Source of the DNA: an uncultured Anaerolineae bacterium | GTDB lineage: Bacteria; Chloroflexota; Anaerolineae; Fen-1058 | Length of the DNA: 64,000 nucleotides | Assembly: GCA_964398185.1 (NCBI GenBank) | Contig: CAYNML010000024.1 | Location: 6,790 to 70,789 of the forward strand | Reading direction: 5' to 3' | In this document: piece by piece, positions 44,001 to 50,000 of the stretch | How the letters are laid out: each line of letters begins with the position of its first letter | How positions within the stretch are numbered: the stretch's first letter is position 1 | Made by a program: the position numbers and the translations under genes | The notes under the pieces: generated by a model | Database searches by the model: none | Seen by the model: the letters and a program-made list of their open reading frames with translations, nothing else | Told to the model about the DNA's origin: nothing

Positions 44001-47000
44001 GGATGCCGCCGGGCACACCACACACTACGGCTACGATCTGCTCAATCGCAAGATTGCGATCACAGACACCCAGGGCCACGTGACGCGCTACGCTTACGAT
44101 CAACTGGGCAACTTGATCACGACGACGAATGCGCTCTCGCAGACCACCGTCACGTGGTACGACGCCCTCAAGCGCCCGCTGACGGTGACGCTGAACTACG
44201 TCGATGGCGTGTACGATCCCGCCCGACCCGCTGAAGACGTCACGACCGTGCAGCGGTATGATCTCGCCGGCGACCTGGTCGAACAGATCGATGCGCTGGG
44301 CCGCGTCACACGCCTCACTTACGACGCGCTCGGTCAAGTGCTGACCGCCACCGATCCGTTGTCCCACACCGTCAGCAAGACCTACGATGCCATCGGGAAT
44401 CTACTGACTTCAACGGACGCCAACGGCCACGTCACACAATACGCTTACGACGCGCTCGATCGCGTGAGCACGCTGACTGATGCCTTGAGTGGCACCGTCC
44501 GTTACGGTTACGATGCCGCCGGGCACGTCATCAGCACCACCGATGAACTGGGCCGCACGACCCTCACGCAATACGATGCGGTCTATCGGCCTGTGACGAC
44601 GACGTACAACTTTGTCGATGGGGTCTTCGATCCGGCGCGGCCCGACGAAGACGTGATCACCGTCAAACGCTATGACGCCGCCGGCAACGTCGTCGCGGCG
44701 ATCGATCCGCTGGGTTACGTGACGCACTACGCCTACGACGCCCGCGATCTGGTCATCACCACGACCAACGCCCTCTCCGGCACGTCACGCTTCACCTACG
44801 ATCGGGTGGGCAACCGCCTGACCGACAGCGATGCCGCCGGGCATGTCATCACCTACGGCTACGACTCGCTGTATCACGTCGTCGCCATCACCGATCACCT
44901 GGGTTACGCCACCACCTTCGGCTTCGATGCGCTCGGCAATCGCACGATTGTCACCGATGCGCTGGGCCGCGTCAAGCGGATCGAATTCGATCGCCTGAAC
45001 CGCCCGGTGACGACGACGTTCAACTATCACGACGGGGTCTTCGATCCCGCCCAGCCCGATCGGGACGTGGCGACGATTACGCGCTACGACGGCGCGGGCA
45101 ACGTCGTCGCCGAGATCGATCCGTTGGGGTATGAGACGCACTACGCCTACGACGCGCTGAACCGCCTCATCACCACCACCAACCCGTTGTCGGGCACCAT
45201 CGTGCGCGGCTACGATGCGGTGGGCAATCAGATCGTCGTGACCAATGCCAACGGCTTCGCCGCGCACTTCACCTACGATGCGTTGCGGCGCAATACGCAG
45301 ATCGTCAATGCGCTGGGCGAGGTCACCACCTTTGCCTATGATGCCGCGGGCAATCAGATCACCATCACCGATGCGCTCAGCCGCACCACGCACTACGCCT
45401 ACGATGGACTGGATCGCCCCATCACCGTCACCAATCCATTGACGGGCACCACCGTCTATGTCTGGGATGCGGCCAGCAACCAGCTCGCCGTGATCGACGC
45501 GGCAGGGCGGATCACGCGATCGGGTTATGATGCGCTCCAGCGGCTGATCGCCCTGACCGACACGCTGGGGAACGTGACGCGCTTCGGCTACGATGCGGTC
45601 GGCAATCAAACCGTCATCACCGACGCCAACGGTCACGTCACGTCCTTCGGCTACGACGAATTGAACCGGCAGGTGGTCATCACCGATCCGTTAAACGGCA
45701 CGACCACCTTCGGCTACGATGCCGTGGGCAATTCCGTGCTGACCATCGACCCCGAAGGCCGCGCCACAGCTTTTGGTTACGACGAACTGGATCGCAACGT
45801 CGTCATCACCGATGCGTTGGGCAGCGTGGCGTATCACGTCTACGACGCGCGCGGCAGCGAACTGCAGCAGATCGATCCGGAAGGCCACATCACGCGCACG
45901 GACTATGACGCGCTGGGCCGCGTGGTCACCGTGACCGACGCGTTGAGCGGCACGACGGCGTTCACCTACGATCCGCTCGGCAACGTGATCCGCCAGATCG
46001 ATGCCGCAGGGCGCGTGAGCACCATTACGTATGACGCGCTCAATCGTCCGCTGACCGTGACCGATCCGTTGACGGGAACGACCCTTTATCGCTACGACGC
46101 CGTCGGCAACCTCATCACCACCAGCGACGCGGAAGGCCGATCACGCTGGATGGAGTACGACGCGCTCAACCGGCCGATCAAGCTCACCGATCCGTTGAGC
46201 GGCACCACGACCTTCGGCTACGACGCCGTGGGCAACCTGCTGCGCACGACCGATGCCGAAGGCCACACCACGCACACCGCTTACGACGGACTGAATCGGC
46301 CGATCGTGATCACCGATGCGCTGCAGCACAGCACGCGCACCACGTACGATCCGGTTGGCAACCGCCTCAGTCTCGTCGATGCGCGCGGTCACACCACCAC
46401 CTTCGCGTACGATGCGCTCGATCGGCTGGTGCAGACGACCGATCCGGTGAGCGGCACCACCGCCTTCGGTTACGATCGCGTGGGCAACCAGACCGTCATC
46501 ACCGACGCCACCGGCCGCGCCGTCCACCTGACCTACGACGCCGTCTATCGCTTGAGCGCGCAACGCGATGCGCTGGGTCACACCACGCGCTACGCCTACG
46601 ACCGCATCGGCAACACCGTCTTGATCACCGACGCCGCCGGCATCGTGGTGCGCCACGAATACGACGCGCTGAGCCGCCTCGCCGCCGTGATCGAAAACTA
46701 CCGCCCCGCACTGCCGGCGAGCGCCGACACCAACGTGCGCACGGCCTACGGCTACGATCGCGTCGGCAACCGTACTGTCGTCACCGATGCCAACGGCCAT
46801 GCCACACGCTACACCTACGACGCCCTCGATCGTCAGACCGACATCGTCGATCCGCTCAATCACGCCTATCACTTCACTTACGATCAGGTCGATAACCTGA
46901 TCGCGCGGCGCGATCCCAACGGCCAGACGATCACCGTCACCTACGACGCCCTCAACCGCCCGATCGTGCTGCGCTATCCCGATCAGCTGGTGGCGCTGGC

Positions 47001-50000
47001 CTACAACCGCGTGGGCAGCCGCGTGGCCATGACAGACAGCCTGGGCGCCACGCACTACCACTACGACGCCCTACAGCGGCTCACGGCCACGCTCGATCAA
47101 AATGGCCGTGCGGTCACGCACGCCTACGATGCCGTCAGCAATCGCGTGGGCCTGGGTTATCCCGGCGGGCAGGTGGTGACCTACACCTACGATCTGGCCG
47201 ATCACATGATCGGCGTCACCGACTGGGACAACCAGACGGCGGCCTATCAATACGACGCCGCCGGACGTCCACTCACGGCGACGCTGCCCAACGGCGTGCT
47301 GAGCGTGTTCACCTACGACGCCGCCGGACGCCTGATCCAGATCGAGCACCGCACCACCGATCGGGTGTTGGCGCGTTACGAGTACGAACTCGATGCGTTG
47401 GGCTATCGCGTGGCCGTCACCGAAACGGTGAATCCACCGCAGCCGCCGCGCGCCGGGTTCTATGCTTTGCCGTTGGCAGGCGTCACACCGCTCACGGTCA
47501 CGTTTGCCAACACGTCCACCGGCAGCATCACCACCCAAACGTGGAACTTTGGCGACGGCTTCACCAGCACGCTCGCCAATCCGGTGCATCGTTACGATGT
47601 GGCCGGAACCTACACCGTCACGCTCAGCGTCAGCGGCGCCGGTGGCAGCGATGTGATCACGCGGCCCGCTTACATCAACGTGTTTAGCAGCACCACCGGG
47701 CCGGTGCTGTTCTTCGACGACGCCGAGTCCGGCAGCAGCAAGTGGATAGCCGAAGGGAGTTGGGCCGTCTCCAACGAGGCCGCACACTCCGGCACGTTTG
47801 CGTTCTCGGATTCGCCGGGCGGCAGCTATGCGCACGAGTCCAACGCATCACTCACCTCTGCTTATGCCATCGCGCTGGCGCATGAGGCGCCCGCCCGCCT
47901 GGAATTCTGGGACCCGATCGAGCTGGGCGCCGGCGATCACGCCCTGGTCGAAGTCTCAACCGACAACGGCCAGAACTGGACGCCGTTGATCGATCGCGTC
48001 GCTGTGAGCAACGTCAGCTGGACGCGGCACACGGCCGATCTCTCCGCGTACCAGGGTCAATCCATCCGGCTGCGCTTCCGCCTGGACGCGCGGCAAGATC
48101 CGGCGGTGGGCGACGGTTGGCACATCGACGATGTGTTGATCACCACTGCGCCGGAACCGATCTACGCCCTGCCCTTCAACGATCCGGCTGAGACGTTGAC
48201 GAACTGGATCGCGGAGGGCAGCTGGGGCTTGAGCACGGCGCAGCCGTACACCGGCGCCGCGGCGTTCGCAGACAGCCCGATCGGATCTTATGGAGCTCAA
48301 TCGAGCGCGGCGCTGGAACTGAACGGGCCGCTGAATCTGGCGGGCGCGACGACGCCACAGCTCACCTTTGTCGATCAGATCGATCTCGCGGCCGGGGATG
48401 CCGCCTTCGTCGAGGTCTCAACGAATAACGGCCAGACGTGGACCGCCGTCTTCACACATACCTCCGGTACACAAGCAAGTTGGACCCCGCGCACGATCGA
48501 TCTACGCAGCTACGGCGGCCAGCTGATCCGGCTGCGCTTCCGCCTCGCCTCAGCCGCCGATCTGCAAGTGGCCGACGGCTGGCGCATCGATGCGATCTCG
48601 ATCACGAACACGGCGCCGTCATATCACATCTATCTGCCCCTGGTGCAGCGTACAGCCGCAGCGGCGAGCGCCGCGCCGCAGCCAGCTTCACGCGCGCCCG
48701 TCGCGCCGTTCGATCCGGCGACGTTGCTGCTGGCCCCGGCGGCCCTGGCCGCCGTCATCGGGCGCAGGTCGCGCCGCTGGGCAGGCTTCATTGGCCTCCT
48801 CGCATTGATCCTGGTGGCTGTGGGCCTGAGCTCCAGCCTGGCCAGCGCGACGCCGCTGGCGCTGCCGGGCCGCTCGAGCGCGGTGAGCCGATCGGATGTG
48901 CCGACCAACGCGCAGCCGCAAGCTTCCTACACGCGCGTAACGCGTTACACCTACGACGGGCTGCATCGCCTGATCGGCGCGACCGATTCTATGGGCGGCG
49001 TATATACCTACACCTACGACGCCGTGGGCAATCGCTTGAGCGCCAACGAAGCAGGCGTGAGTACCGTCTATACCTACGATGCCGCCAATCAACTCACCTC
49101 CGTCAACGGTGTGCCTTACACGTGGGACGCCAACGGCAATCTGTTGAATGACGGGCGACGTACGTTCACGTATGACGCGGGCAATCGCCTGACGCAAGTC
49201 ATCACCGGCGCGTTGACGATCGGTCAACGTTACAGCGGCGATGGCGTGCGCAAGGAACAACTGATCAACGGCGTGCCGATCCGTTACACGCTGGACGAAG
49301 CAACCGAGCTGCCCAATGTGCTGGAGGAGCAAGGCACACAGGGCGATGTGCAGTATCTGTACGGGCTGGGACAGCTCGCCGTGCACACGGCGGCGGGTTG
49401 GGTGTATCAGCTGGGCGACGGGCTGGGCAGCGTGCGCCAGCAAGTGGATGCGGCGGGCGAGGTGGCGACGACGCGGCAGTATGCGCCGTTCGGCCAGATC
49501 GAAGCGCAGGCCGGAGCGGGACAAGGTTCGTTCGGGTATGCGGGCGAGCAGCTGGATACGGCCAGCGGGTTGATCTTCCTCCGTGCGCGTTACTACGATC
49601 CGGCGACCGGGCGCTTCATCACCCGCGATCCGTATCCGGCGCAGGCCGCCGTGCCCGGCACGCTGCATCGTTACGCCTATGTCGGCAACGATCCGATCAA
49701 TCAGATCGATCCGTCGGGGTTGTACAGTCAACTAACGCGATCGTCCGGTTATTCTGATGGCCGCCTGCACCGCGCGAGCAGCCGATCAAGCGGCGTGCGC
49801 GGCGGCCTGTATGCGCGCACACGCGGTATCTACGCGGGCATGTACAGCCAGGCGTATGGCATCGGCGACAGCATGTCGATCTCGGCGGGCGGACGCACTT
49901 ACCGGCCGCCCAGCGCGGGCCGTCCTTACAATCAGCGGCAGGTGGCTGAAGATCGCGGGCGCGCGATCGATCAGATGAACCAGGAAGCGCGCGACGGATC

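Noticed and set aside
43789-45060. CRISPR-like or DGR-like regularly spaced repeats
   Set aside because: The repeats are degenerate at synonymous positions, in frame and 414 nt apart, so they are protein repeats. No cas or reverse transcriptase gene is present.
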